The position numbers were made by a program, and so were the translations under genes. Below the pieces are notes generated by a model, which saw only the letters and a program-made list of their open reading frames with translations, had not been told where the DNA came from and did not search any database. From Eledone cirrhosa (lineage: Eukaryota): a stretch of 64,000 bases of DNA. Below, in pieces: positions 41,014 through 54,270 of this stretch. The stretch covers positions 56,916,001 through 56,980,000 of the forward strand of contig OZ024745.1 of the NCBI GenBank assembly GCA_964016885.1, in the 5' to 3' direction. How positions within the stretch are numbered: the stretch's first letter is position 1; every line of letters starts with the position of its first letter.

Positions 41014-41613
41014 CTAGCAGTGGTACCCGGCGTTGCACGGTATAAGGTATTTTGGACGCGGGCCGCCAACAGACCTAATCGGGGAAAATCTGCATGCCTG
41101 GACAATATGTAAAGAAAATAAACCGAATACTCTGATGGTTGGATAATCTTTAAGATTTTCCTCCATGAATGAAGGTTTTCACCTAATGCGGGCCCTAGGG
41201 GATCAAGAAAAGGAATTTCTTTTATGTGCATAATATACCTTGAAATTTCGGGAAAAAATCGGCTTGACGGAACGCCTCAAAAAAGCCCTAAAAAGCTGAT
41301 AAAATGAAGTTTTTCACCGAATGCAGGCCTTACGCCATAGAAAAGTTGGATTTTGTTTGCTCACGGTATGAAAGAAGAGGCTGTCTAATACATAGTTATA
41401 ATTTCAAGGAAATCGGTCTGACGTAACGCCTCAAAAAACCCCTAAAAAGCTGACAAAACATAGTTTTTCACCTAATGCGGGCCCTAGGGGATCAAAAAGT
41501 TGAATTTGTTTATGTGCATAACACTCCCGGAAACATAAGTAATACACATGTAAAGTTTGACAAATATCGGTTGGGCCCTTCTCGGTTGGGATAAATGATT
41601 TGAAAAGCTTAGA
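41014..41613 (-). mobile_element. Non-autonomous Helitron with internal subrepeats
   Basis: Minus 3' end: hairpin CCGTGCAACGCCGG, then GTACCACTG-CTAG|T; candidate 5' A|TC at 41613; internal repeats (41174/41463, 41255/41411). Confidence 0.7.
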
Positions 41614-41962
41614 TTATGTCACACCTATCTCAGTATCGGTTAGAATGCCATATAGCTAATTCTGGAGTTGTATTCGTTATCAGTGAAATTTATTCAAACA
41701 CTACTGAGATACAACAGGCTAAAACCTATCGTGAATGTCACTGATGATGGATAAAAATTCAGAAGTATCTATTTAGTACTGCCACCGTTCCTCTGATAAC
41801 TTTGACATGTCTCTCCTTTTCGAAAAATTCATTGCGAGACTCACGTGTATTTATTATGCAAAAATATATCGTATATGTTTCTTTCTCCTATGCATACATA
41901 TTTATTATAGTTTTATTGTACTGAATCGGTGCCCTCTGTGTTATACCTAGTTGATTTTCGCG

Positions 41963-42047
<85 letters not shown>

Positions 42048-42289
42048 TATATAAATTCATAACAACACACATCCACTCACACACAACAATAAATAAATAA
42101 GTGTGTGTGTGTGTGTGTAATTATATGCATATATATATACATCCTCAGTCTACCAGAGTATAATCACACTGAATGTGATGAAATGATTTTACTTCAACAT
42201 CTAGAGCAAGGCCCATACCAGAATAGTAGTATTCAATGTGATACATCCAACACTTGTGTCTCTATTAATCTTATGTTTTTTTTATATGA

Positions 42290-42480
42290 ACTATATATAT
42301 GTGTTTGTGTCTATAATATATCTGTATTTTTGACCGTTGGTCAGTCAATGGTAAACATTGAGGACCGAATAAATTAACTGATATAAAAGATACAGAAGCG
42401 AAAACCAACCAAACAGTGAGTGTGTTCTGTTATTAATTCTGGTAATATTATTACAACAATATGACCCTCCCCAAGTATAA

Positions 42481-42483
<3 letters not shown>
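42290..42483 (+). mobile_element. Family B copy, terminus at (TA)n
   Basis: Homologous to 12925-13127. Confidence 0.8.
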
Positions 42484-42576
<93 letters not shown>

Positions 42577-42602
42577 AAGTATGTGTGTGTGTATGTGTGT
42601 GT

Positions 42603-42667
<65 letters not shown>

Positions 42668-42942
42668 AATATATATACACATAAGTATTTGTATGTCTAT
42701 GTGTGTGGTAGTGATGCGTGTGAACAAGTAAATATGTTCTCGATTTCTGTACGCCCTTCAATTGTAACTAGAACGAAACCTTTGATGTCAACTTTGAATT
42801 TGTCTATTTCCGGTAAACCTCACTTTCGAGAAAATATTCTAAAATGTTTTGTATTTTGTTTTTAATTTAAATCAGTCTCTATCGTGCAGATTTATGATAA
42901 TGATGTTTCAACGTTTGTTATATATTTTATGTATATATGTAT

Positions 42943-42973
<31 letters not shown>

Positions 42974-42975
42974 TG

Positions 42976-43074
<99 letters not shown>

Positions 43075-43099
43075 AAATATATATATATATATATATATA

Positions 43100-43193
43100 T
43101 TTCCATTAGAGATCCTAAGCCACCCATCTGTGAAACGTGCGAACCAGGATGAAAATCATCACATTTTCATTACCTATGCAGACTGTCGATTAA
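43100..43193. repeat. Dispersed repeat (family E); second copy 46476-46568
   Basis: TTCCATTAGAGATCCTAAGCC...GCAGACTGTCGATTAA at both sites, next to TA runs. Confidence 0.75.
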
Positions 43194-43194
43194 G

Positions 43195-43248
<54 letters not shown>

Positions 43249-43249
43249 G

Positions 43250-43575
<326 letters not shown>

Positions 43576-43591
43576 ATATATATATATACCA

Positions 43592-43657
<66 letters not shown>

Positions 43658-45051
43658 ACATAAAGGTAAAGGAAAAAATAATGAAAAGATGCCATACACT
43701 TAGAAATATATATATATATATCGAGAGATTTCAACGTCTGTAGCATCTTTTCATTATTATTTTTCCTTTCCTCCTTTCATTCTTTCTTTCTCTGAAGACA
43801 CGTTTTGATCATCACTAATAAGTAACAAAAACTAAATGATAAAATATATTTTAGGAATAATAAAAGAGAGAAACGTATAATTTGATCGCAGCTTACTAGT
43901 TGGGAGATGTTGGGAGTTTGGGGAATAAGAGGGAGTGGTATATCGATAGATAAATAGCATAAGTAGTGGGTGGGCGATGTGTCTGTGTCCTATTTGTTGA
44001 CGCACATTAAAGAATGAATTTTCGCAAAATAGCAAAATCATCTCCTTTTGGAGCTGGATTGCGATGTTTGAGTATTTCGCATTAGCAGAATCGAATTGAT
44101 TATAGTAAATCGCAACGGAATACATACAGATATGGTTTAATTATCTTAATTTACCTATAAACACAGATAGGTTATCTAGCACGTACTAATTTTGAAAGTT
44201 CGAAATATATCAGTGAATTTTCAATGCAGATAATAAGGATATTCTTAACTAACAAATAGACATATATATGTAGCATTCAGACGCATGCACACACAAAATA
44301 ATTTTTTCTTATATACTGGGCTAAAGATGAAATCATTTCATGCACTCTTTGAGAGTGCGAACTTTAACATATATCATATATTACTGTCTTAAAATCGAGG
44401 AAAATTCGACAATACTCTTTGTAATACACAGTAAATCAAGAAAATCTTGAACACCTTTTATATTTGGTGTGGACGATCCTAGTTAACTGACGTTTAATCC
44501 AATAAATAATACTTATATTTTGATGAATTAAGTACCAGAATGAAATTAGTACATGTAAAAATTTGACAAATTCAAAACGATGAATGGGCAGCTCAAGCAT
44601 AGCCGGAAGCCAATGACCGAAACCTCTGAATAAATGCGAGAAGAAAAGGATACATATTTCAAGATCAGAAAAAAAAATCTTGCTACATTCAACGACAGCA
44701 GTGTAGACCTGTTCGGTTATATCTTAGCATGCATTAGTGATCATATTTTGACCTGGATACGCATGGATAATATTTTGAATAAAGATGGTGAAAGCCATGT
44801 TGTATCATAATTGGTACGCTACATGAAGTATTCCATGGTGTAACAACCATTAAGCAACAATAATATTACGTAATATTACCTATACGTAAATGCCTACTAT
44901 ATTGTATTTTTTAAAAATGTGCCTATGTGAAATAAAGATATATTATGCTCATGAGACTTTTATGGGAGTTAATTTCTGGTTCTTTCCCTGTGTGTGTCAT
45001 TTTATATATATATATATATATGTATATTTGTATATATGTATTTATATATGA

Positions 45052-45143
<92 letters not shown>

Positions 45144-45187
45144 ATATATATATGTATGTATGTGTATATGTGTGTGTATGTATGTAT

Positions 45188-45227
<40 letters not shown>

Positions 45228-45229
<2 letters not shown>

Positions 45230-45723
45230 TGGCTGCCAACTCGTTTTCGAGTAACGCCACTACGTAATATCCATGTAGGAGAACCCCTACCTATGCGCTG
45301 AATGAGTGTGGCTTTATAGTCCAGCCAGCGACTTGAAAACTCTGGTACAAACACTACACTTGTGACAAATATTGACACCTAGTGCTGGGCCCATGGCACC
45401 ATGTGACCCGAAGTGTCGTGTGAGATCACTACTCAACCTGCATACCCTTCCACAAACATCACATGTCGTCGTCTGATGAACACTTATAGCTCCACAGATG
45501 CCTGCTTCCCTGTTCTTGCGCACTCTCAGATGAGTCTTTAGAGCTGCCATGCTCAGACAAACACTATTACAGGTCTCACATGTCAGGTCAGGCCGTCTGA
45601 GAGTGCCTTCGGGGAGGCCAACATGGATTCCTTTCCGGACATCTCTTTTTAGTGTCGCGTGCCTTCTTCTTGTTTCCTCAAATAGACTCTTGCCACTAGC
45701 CACTGCTTTCCTCCACTGCGATC

Positions 45724-45725
<2 letters not shown>
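45228..45725 (-). mobile_element. RTE-clade LINE 3' fragment with three C2H2 zinc fingers, in (TA)n
   Basis: RSQWRKAVASGKSLFEETR (RTE DRxxWR..G..FE motif), then CETC..LKTH, CDVC..LTRHFGSH, CSVC..LAGL. Confidence 0.85.
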
Positions 45726-45785
<60 letters not shown>

Positions 45786-46042
45786 CATATACTCATATAT
45801 ACATATATAAGTTAAAACAATGAAACAATGAAATAAAAATTCAAGTCATTAGAAACATACTTCACTGCTTTACGATCGCTTCTAGGTGATAATAATACAC
45901 ATTATGCATATTTCGTTATCGATCTCTGTAGGGTTAGTTACACAATATCAAATAAGGAACATATTTACCTACGTGTTTATCATCAGCCGTTGTCAAAAGC
46001 AATGAACATTTTACATATATATATATATATATATATTATATA

Positions 46043-46114
<72 letters not shown>

Positions 46115-46848
46115 CATACATACATACATACATACATACATACATACATACATACATACATAGATACACATATATATACACACACATGTATATACATATA
46201 TGCAAATGATAAACTGAAATTACAAAGCAAACGACACATCACAGTTAAGAAATATATTTGTCTAAGGTTTAATGCAGTAGAACAAGAGAGGATACGTTTC
46301 GGACGCTATCACTTCACAGAAGATAGAATGCAAAATAAAAGATGAAATTATGAAATAGAATGATAAACAGTGAGAAGAGGTAGAAAGAGAAAAAAATTGA
46401 GATGAAACACGAATTTATTCAATTAGCTATTTCAGATAAATATATATATATCGTTGCTGGAGTCGGATCCATTGCTTCCATTAGGGATCCTAAGCCAGCC
46501 ATCTGTGAAATGTGCGAACCAGGATGAAAATCATCACATTTTCATTATCTATGCAGACTGTCGATTAAACATATGTAATAAATGGGGATGTTTTCCGACA
46601 TTACAAATTGCACTAAAATAACAATGTATCTCGACTTGTACATTTGCGTGTTTTTTTCTGTATTGCAAAATATGTAAAAACACGTCCATATTATTAGTGT
46701 AATATTCACATATATATGAATCTTCTATAAGCCTTATTATTGGCAATGGCTTAAATAATTGAATCCAGCAACAAAATATTCAGAATCATAAATCGTGCGT
46801 AAAATATAGGCAAATGTCTTTCATGTTTGAAATGTTATAAATTATTCA

Positions 46849-46969
<121 letters not shown>

Positions 46970-47788
46970 CGTGTGTGTGTGAGCTCACGAATATCTTTGT
47001 GTGAGTAAGTGTGTGTGTGTGCGGCTGTATCATGAACATTTCTTTGATATTTAAATTTTATTTTCACATTCACCAGCAATTGCGGAAGATAAAATTAAAA
47101 TGCATTGAAGCAGTCATTGATATACCTGTGTTAATGTGTGTGCTAATATGCACATGTCCGCGCACATACTACTATATATATAATATATATATACAGAGAG
47201 TGAGAAAGAAAGGAAAAAAGAGAGAGAGAGCGAGAGCGAAATAGTTAAATAGATTGATAGATAGCTAGATACATTTATTAAGGCTAAATATTGAGTTGTG
47301 TTACTCTGGGGCTTCACCTGCTTGCCACAATCTGTGATAAGCGGGTGAGGCATCAGAGTAACAAGATCACTTACATATAACAACTGTTTAATTCAATAAT
47401 ATCTTGATTACAATATTCTATTTAAAATGCTTAAATACCGGACTTTTCCTTAGCTTCCCTCACGTGTCTCTAAGGCCATTGCCGAATTTCATTATACATT
47501 CCTTTACATCAATTTCAATAACTTTCTACCAGTTTCGTTGAATCTTTATCAAACATATATGCAATGAATCCCGATAATTCGATCTACATAACTATGTATC
47601 CCACTAAATATTTATATATCTATCTCATGAGCTCTATTTTCATTCATATCCAAAGGTAGATGCATTGGTTTAAATATGCACATAAATAGATAGCGTGAAT
47701 ACCCACTTCCGATATATATATATATATATATATGTGTGCGTGTGTGCGTGTGTGCATGTGTGTGTGGGGGGGGGTGTTAATATATATA

Positions 47789-47839
<51 letters not shown>

Positions 47840-48129
47840 ACAGCGGTCCTTAAAACGAATGATCTCTGCATATTTAACCATGAAATTCTTCGTTTGTATT
47901 TCCTTATATCTATGCATGATTTTTAACTGCATCATGTGCATATATGTAAATATGAGCAAGCATTCATACACACACACACACACACACATACACACACATA
48001 CATACACACATACATACATACACATATTATACCAGCTACCCTGCGCTCGAGTATTTCTATCGCTTGGAATGTTCAACCATGCATATGCATGTGTGCAGCA
48101 CGGATGTGACATTTTAGTGCAGCAAGATT

Positions 48130-48660
48130 CTTACATTCTTTGGCATAGATGTTACAGACATGGCCTCTGGCAAGAAGAATCGCTACCTGGATAACATGTA
48201 GTTTTATGTGCCGCATCAGGCTATTACTGATTGCCATAATGTAGCACATTGATGCCAGATTGTAATACCAAAAGCACCAACGTAATCTGCATCGACCCTC
48301 TTTGCTTGACTCTTTTTGTATGCTTTTAATCCGTGTTTGCTAAGACAGGAAACTCCACACCCATTGCTTGACAGGTCTCCTTGGTCGCCTTCGCTTTCTG
48401 GTAATACCTCTTTCGAGCGCTTCTTCACATCCCTTCTTCAATCTTCTTCAGGTTGTTTCAAAGTGTATTGTCTACATATATACATTTTCCCTCCACATAG
48501 TTCCATTACTGGCAGCTTGTTCCCAGTCTTCATCAAAGAAATCCAATCTACCTCCAGTACCAACAGAAACCACCTAATATTCAATCTTCGTATGATCAAG
48601 AGTACTTCATCTTCTCCTGTTGTAACATTACGCAATAAAGATAGAACATTTCTTCTCAAA
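48130..48660 (-). pseudogene. Decayed RTE-type ORF C-terminus
   Basis: RRLNIRWF, ELCGGKM..RQYTLK, and GCGVSCLSKHGLKAY zinc-finger remnant. Confidence 0.5.
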
Positions 48661-48789
48661 CAAAAAAGGATATACTACGCATGTAGCAACAGTAATTTGG
48701 TAGACTTTTAAATCAGCTTTCAGAGATTGATGAGGAGTTTCGAGAGTCAATAAATTACAGACTTCTGAAGGTTTCTCTGGCAGAGATTC

Positions 48790-48890
48790 CTCCAATCGAG
48801 GCCTCTGTTCAGAAAAGTAACAGTGAAAAATCTCCCGGTATGGATCGCTTGTTAGCAGAATTCTTTAAATGTGGAAGTGAAAAGTACGAC
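48790..48890 (+). pseudogene. LINE RT N-terminal motif fragment
   Basis: KSPGMDRLLAEFFKCG (48828-48875) matches KAPGxDGIxAEFFK. Confidence 0.65.
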
Positions 48891-49804
48891 GTTCATTGAA
48901 TCGTCTGTATTTTCTTCGAAATCGTAAAATTACAGCTTTGGTGAATTCTGATGTTATGTTCACTGTTCCAAATAACCACGTTCAGATGTTCCTCTTTGGT
49001 TTTGAAAATATACAGTGCCCTATGCTCGTAGCTACTGGTGAAAATCCAGAGAATATTTATAATTTACCGACGTACAAGACAGAATTCAACCGTCAAGCGG
49101 ATAGTCTCGCATTAATATTTGTACCAGCGCAGAACCGAGTAAGTTATGAAGAAATAAATCTTCAGATTTAGACTCTACTGCATTTAAGAAATGCATTTCT
49201 CCAGTTTCATAATCATGATGTATATGTACACATATGAACACATATATGCTTACACACACACCCGCATACACACAGATGAACAAAGCTGCACTGACCTATA
49301 TGTGTATCTGTCGCTAAGACACAGTGATGTCAGCACTGTTAATGCTTCTTAGGAATAGATTAATATTTTGAGACATAAAAACAGAGATCGTTTACAAACA
49401 GGGAAATATGAGGTCATATTTGTACAGAATAATGCTAAATAGCGTAGTAGTTTTTCAGTAATGTGACCTCATGGGACAAAATAACATGCACATGCACACA
49501 TACACCTTTATACACCCGTGCACACGCGCACACATATTCATACACAAAAACAGACACACATACGCACATATACACACACATATATATACATGTGTGTATG
49601 GGCGAAGGCGTTGTGTATGTCTGCATATATTGCCCATCCTTTCCACACCGTTATTATTAGACTAATTTTTGTCGATATTATGTCGAGATCTAATTTTACA
49701 TACATACATATAATCACACACACACACACACACACGCGCACACACACACACACACACACACACCGCACACCCCGCACACACACACCAAAGACACATATAA
49801 ATAA

Positions 49805-49837
<33 letters not shown>

Positions 49838-49842
<5 letters not shown>

Positions 49843-49965
49843 GAGCTTCGGCAGGACTAGAGTTCTAGTCCGGTTGAAGCTCTTCTATATTAAAACTGTT
49901 ATACTCTGCCATGTATTGAGTACCTTACTTACTGTGGTTACCTCCGATTGAACCCGGAATAACTT
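49838..49965 (+). mobile_element. Family C minimal fold-back in (TA)n
   Basis: ~25-bp short arm; fold at GACTAG-AGTT-CTAGTC, a few nt 5' of the GTC triplet. Confidence 0.8.
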
Positions 49966-50491
49966 ATATATATATATATATATATATATATTCATTAGTT
50001 AAGCAAAACAAGACCACAAATTTCACAACGAAGACATCATTAAAAGATTGTCAACATATTTTAGATTGATGTAAGGAAAGTAGAGAATAATAATAATAAT
50101 ATTAATAATAATAATGTCCGTTTACAATTGTTTCGCTACCCCATATAACATTTCTGGATCAGATGACTATATATCATTATTGATCTGGTTCAATTGAAAA
50201 TAATTAACATATTTAAAAACAGAGCGGCTCATCGGAACTTCAAAGGAATATAAATTAAAATAAGGAGAGAATGTTACATAATGTAATGTTCCATATATTG
50301 GTATTTCACTATGGTGTCCTGGTTGTATCAATTGTCAGCCATAATCAAACAGTATTCATCTCTCGAGGCAGTATAACTCCCACACCACGGTACCACCACC
50401 CCTATAAAATACACCACGCCACTACACCAATAATTACTCTAGTAGCACATTTCCCCCATCTAATCCTTCTAGCACTCACCAACCGCTTAGC

Positions 50492-50959
50492 TTGAACTAC
50501 CCTACTCTCACTAACCGCAGAAGCAACTGCAACTGCCGTTACCCTAATGCATGCCCATTAAATGGACACTGCCTGACACCCAACATAGTCTATAGGTGCA
50601 CGGTTAAAACTGCTTCGAATACCAGCTCTTATATCGGGTCTACCTCTAACCCTTTTAAGGTACGCTATAACGCGCACTCTTTTTCCTTCCGAGACCCTAG
50701 CAACAGATGTTCGACATTTCTAGCTAGGCTCATTAAAAACCTTAAATTAAGCAACATTGAACACTCACTAAAATGGGATATCGTAGCTAGGGCCCAACCG
50801 TTCAATGGACGAAGAAAATATTGTGATCTCTGTATTACCGAAGCATATTACATAACTCTATCACGACCTCTACCGATTAACAATAGAACGGAGGTAACTA
50901 TTAGCTGTCAACATCGAAGGGCTAATTCCTTCGCCAATAGAATATTTGACCCAACATAG
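50492..50959 (+). CDS. GIY-YIG endonuclease domain of a Penelope-like element (truncated ORF)
   Basis: CNCR..CPLNGHC linker; NIVY..SYIGSTSNPFKVRYNAH; LKWDIV; CDLCITE; INNRTE; CQH. The TTG start is not a real start. Confidence 0.9.
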   Translation: MNYPTLTNRRSNCNCRYPNACPLNGHCLTPNIVYRCTVKTASNTSSYIGSTSNPFKVRYNAHSFSFRDPSNRCSTFLARLIKNLKLSNIEHSLKWDIVARAQPFNGRRKYCDLCITEAYYITLSRPLPINNRTEVTISCQHRRANSFANRIFDPT

Positions 50960-51338
50960 TCATCTAGCCCCATTTTTACTTATAGCTAATAAGTTAAATA
51001 GCTATAACTAACTTAGATAATTATAAGTTACCTCCCCTACATTTTCTCTCAATTAAAAAATGTAAAAATTATCACTTAACTATAAAACTACACACAATTT
51101 CAAATCTCTCGAGGAGTTACTTCCCCTGAAACCACCCTCTAATTAGTAAGGTAAATATATCCTCTGGCGGCCATCTTGTTACCCATAGGCAGATCTCTCA
51201 CAATGCAGCCTCGACTGATGAATACAGCTTGATTATGGCTGACAATTGATACAACCAGTACACCATAGTGAAATACCAATATATGGAACATTACATTATG
51301 TAACATTCTCTCCTTATTTTAATATATATTCCTTTGAA

Positions 51339-51454
51339 GTTCCGATGAGCCGATCTGTTTTTAAATATGTTAATTATTTTCTGAACCAGATCAATAATGA
51401 TATATAGTCATCTGATCCAGAAATATTATATGGAGTGGCGAAACAATTGTAAAC
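51339..51454 (+). ncRNA. Hammerhead ribozyme motif (CCGATGA variant, ~90-nt stem II); mirror copy 50120-50238 on minus
   Basis: GTT-CCGATGA-GCCG(C/A)TC...GAGTGGC-GAAAC-AATT-GTA-AAC. Confidence 0.7.
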
Positions 51455-51752
51455 GGACATTATTATTATTAATATTATTATTATTATTATTCTCTACATT
51501 CCTTACATCAAACTAAAATATGTTGACAGTCTTTTAATAATGTCTTCCTTGTGAAATTTGTGGTCTTGTTTTGCTTAACTAGTGAATATTTCCAGCTCTG
51601 CACGCCTAACTTCTGCATGAACCCAGCCACCTAGCTGCTTTCTACTGCATATTGCACATTGAGCACATGCCTTTACGCTTTAGCTTCTAACTAATTCACC
51701 AATCTCTCCTCTCCTATCTCCATCTCTCTCTTTAAGATTGGTTACTCTTGAA

Positions 51753-51832
<80 letters not shown>

Positions 51833-52174
51833 GGCGGTGTCCCAGCATGGCCTCAGCCGGATGGCTGAAACAGGTAAAAGAGAATGTCTATATATATAAT
51901 ATGTGTTTGTGTGTGATTTTTTATGACATTGTATTCCAGGAATGCGGTCGGCGCCACTCTTAAACAAACCAAAAACTCATTCTTCCATGACATAACCGTG
52001 CTAATACTGATATTGTATTCTGTTAACATTTGTATGCGTGTGTGGCTGTATCTATGCGTGTCTAATAGTGATTTATTATATGTATAAATCAGTGTCTGTA
52101 TGAATTTTGAAACCTATAAGAGCAGAATGACATACCAGTTTTGTATTCTCTTTCTCTAACTTCTCTTCCATTAA

Positions 52175-52249
<75 letters not shown>

Positions 52250-52774
52250 AACCCTACCCTCATTTACTCAGACCATGTATATCATTTCCCCGGATCTAAC
52301 TTACTCTGTCTATTTTTATCCAGTGAGAAAGATTTTATTAGGTTGTCTTGACCTTCTATATGCAGAAAATATCCTTCGTATATATTCTTGATTCCCAAAG
52401 AAATATTATATGGCTGTTGCATATCTCTAAGAAATTTAGGAAATGAACCCCCATGCTGTCGTGCAATCAGGTAGAAATAACAGTGGGGTATCGCTTCAAT
52501 TCCATTCTGATGTTTTAGAAAATTAAAACAAATCTTGGATTGTCTAAGGTTAGATTTTCAAAGTGTTGTTAGCCAGGTGTAGAGAGGACGCAACTAGCTG
52601 TATGTTTATTGAAATATAACTTAAGATTAGTCAATGAAATCAATATGTATACGCACACAATGCACCCACATATGTACACACACACACACACGTGCACGCA
52701 CACACACACACACACATATATATATATAGATTAAATCTTTGATGTGTTATCTCCCGTTCCCTGTACCACAGTGA

Positions 52775-52955
52775 ATTGGCAGTATCGGTAGACGGTCAGA
52801 CGCCATGCTTTGACGCATACTTGCAGCTCTTGCTATTCTGAGTTCAAATCCCGCCGAGGTTAACTCTGCCTTTCATCCTTACGGGGTCGATAAAATAAAG
52901 TACCAGTAATGCACTGGGTAATTGCTGGCCTTGTCCCAAAAGTAGAAACAATTAT
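52775..52955 (+). mobile_element. tRNA-derived SINE
   Basis: Same family as 29520 and 62954. Confidence 0.9.
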
Positions 52956-52980
52956 ATATATATATATATATATATATAAA

Positions 52981-53170
52981 GGAAAATGTTTGACCCCGAG
53001 GGCAGAGCTCAAGCGGTTTCGACGGCTATTCTGTACTCCAGAAATAGCCGTCGAAACGGCTTGAGCTCAGGCGTCGCGGTCAAACATTTTCCTATTACCC
53101 ACTCTACTACCCTAATTATTGAGTACTATGGTGCATTATGGTCCATCTGGTCCCTTACCTCTCTTACTTC

Positions 53171-53172
<2 letters not shown>
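52981..53172 (+). mobile_element. Family A fold-back in (TA)n
   Basis: Arms 52981-53033 / 53039-53092 plus ~80-nt tail; GAAAC 53053-53057, GTC 53073-53075. Confidence 0.85.
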
Positions 53173-53268
<96 letters not shown>

Positions 53269-53379
53269 TGTATTTATAAATATATGCGTGGGGAAAATGT
53301 AAATAGAAATTAACAAAACAAACGACATGGTACATGGAAGAAATATATTAATGTAACGCTTGAAATAACAAGAAGAGTG

Positions 53380-53415
53380 TCTTAACGTTTCAGACAGTAG
53401 AGCTTCATTAGAAGA
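53380..53415 (-). ncRNA. Degenerate minimal hammerhead motif
   Basis: TCTT-CTAATGA-AGCTCTACTGTCT-GAAACGTT-AAGA; core G mutated to A. Confidence 0.45.
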
Positions 53416-54162
53416 TAGAGTAAGAAATAGAAGATAAATACAAAGTAGGGTGATAAGAGCAAGGAACAGGGAAATCAAAGGGGGAGAAATAACATACATC
53501 CGTATTCAGTCAGCCAACTTGGACGAATTTTTGGTGTATCAGTGTTTTACGTGTTCCCCATTCCCCCATATGTTCGTTCCTCCTATTTGTTTTTATCATT
53601 TTTTTTTTTATTCCTACCTTGTTCTATACAGCTCCTTCTATTTATTAATAGCTTTATTTTAATTTGCTGTTATTGTTTTTACAAAAGTCAAACTGTTACT
53701 TAATACAAATGGTTATTCGACAATATTTTCTAGTTTTCCTTAGAACTCATTTATGCACTGACACCAAAGTCTTTGGCCCTTAAGATCAACAAATTGAATT
53801 GTTGTTGTTGTTGTTGGTGTTGTAACTATTAGTTTTGTTTCGTAAACTAACACACAAATTTCAAATGATAGAGATGGTCTTTATTTTGCCATCCTCCTGC
53901 TGCTATCAGTAAATTGCTAAAAATGTGTTTTCTATCGATTCGTTCCATATGCCATGCCCAGAGAAAATAAATAGAAATAGAATTTCAAAGGCTTTAATAC
54001 ATTATCTAATGCAATATATCTCTTTCGTCCCCTTCCATTTCAATTCTGAAGAGGTTTCCCTTATCTTCTGTCTTTTATATATTTAAAGGTGGAGGAAGGG
54101 ATAGTTCAGCAGAGTGAAATGTAAAGGTGGGATTGTGGTGCTGTAGTTAATGGGATCACTTG

Positions 54163-54163
54163 T

Positions 54164-54196
<33 letters not shown>

Positions 54197-54270
54197 ATAG
54201 TAATAGTAGTAGTAGTAGTAGTAGTAGTAGCAACAACAGCACCTAAACAACAACAACAGCAACAGCAGCT
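54163..54270. repeat. (TAG)n and (CAA/CAG)n microsatellite
   Basis: Direct reading. Confidence 0.9.

Larger units (their letters stand above)
49990..51755 (+). mobile_element. 5'-truncated Penelope-like element: inverted pLTR copy (49990-50360), GIY-YIG ORF, pLTR (51217-51590) plus tail
   Basis: ~370-bp inverted arms, intact endonuclease ORF, hammerhead in both arms, (TA)n flanks. Confidence 0.9.

Noticed and set aside
41736-41790. Hammerhead-like CTGATGA-TGGA..TTCA-GAAG
   Set aside because: GAAA and the cleavage region are not intact; too degenerate to call.
51213-51275. Second hammerhead starting at CTGATGA near 51215
   Set aside because: No properly placed GAAAC-N-GUH or stem I partner.
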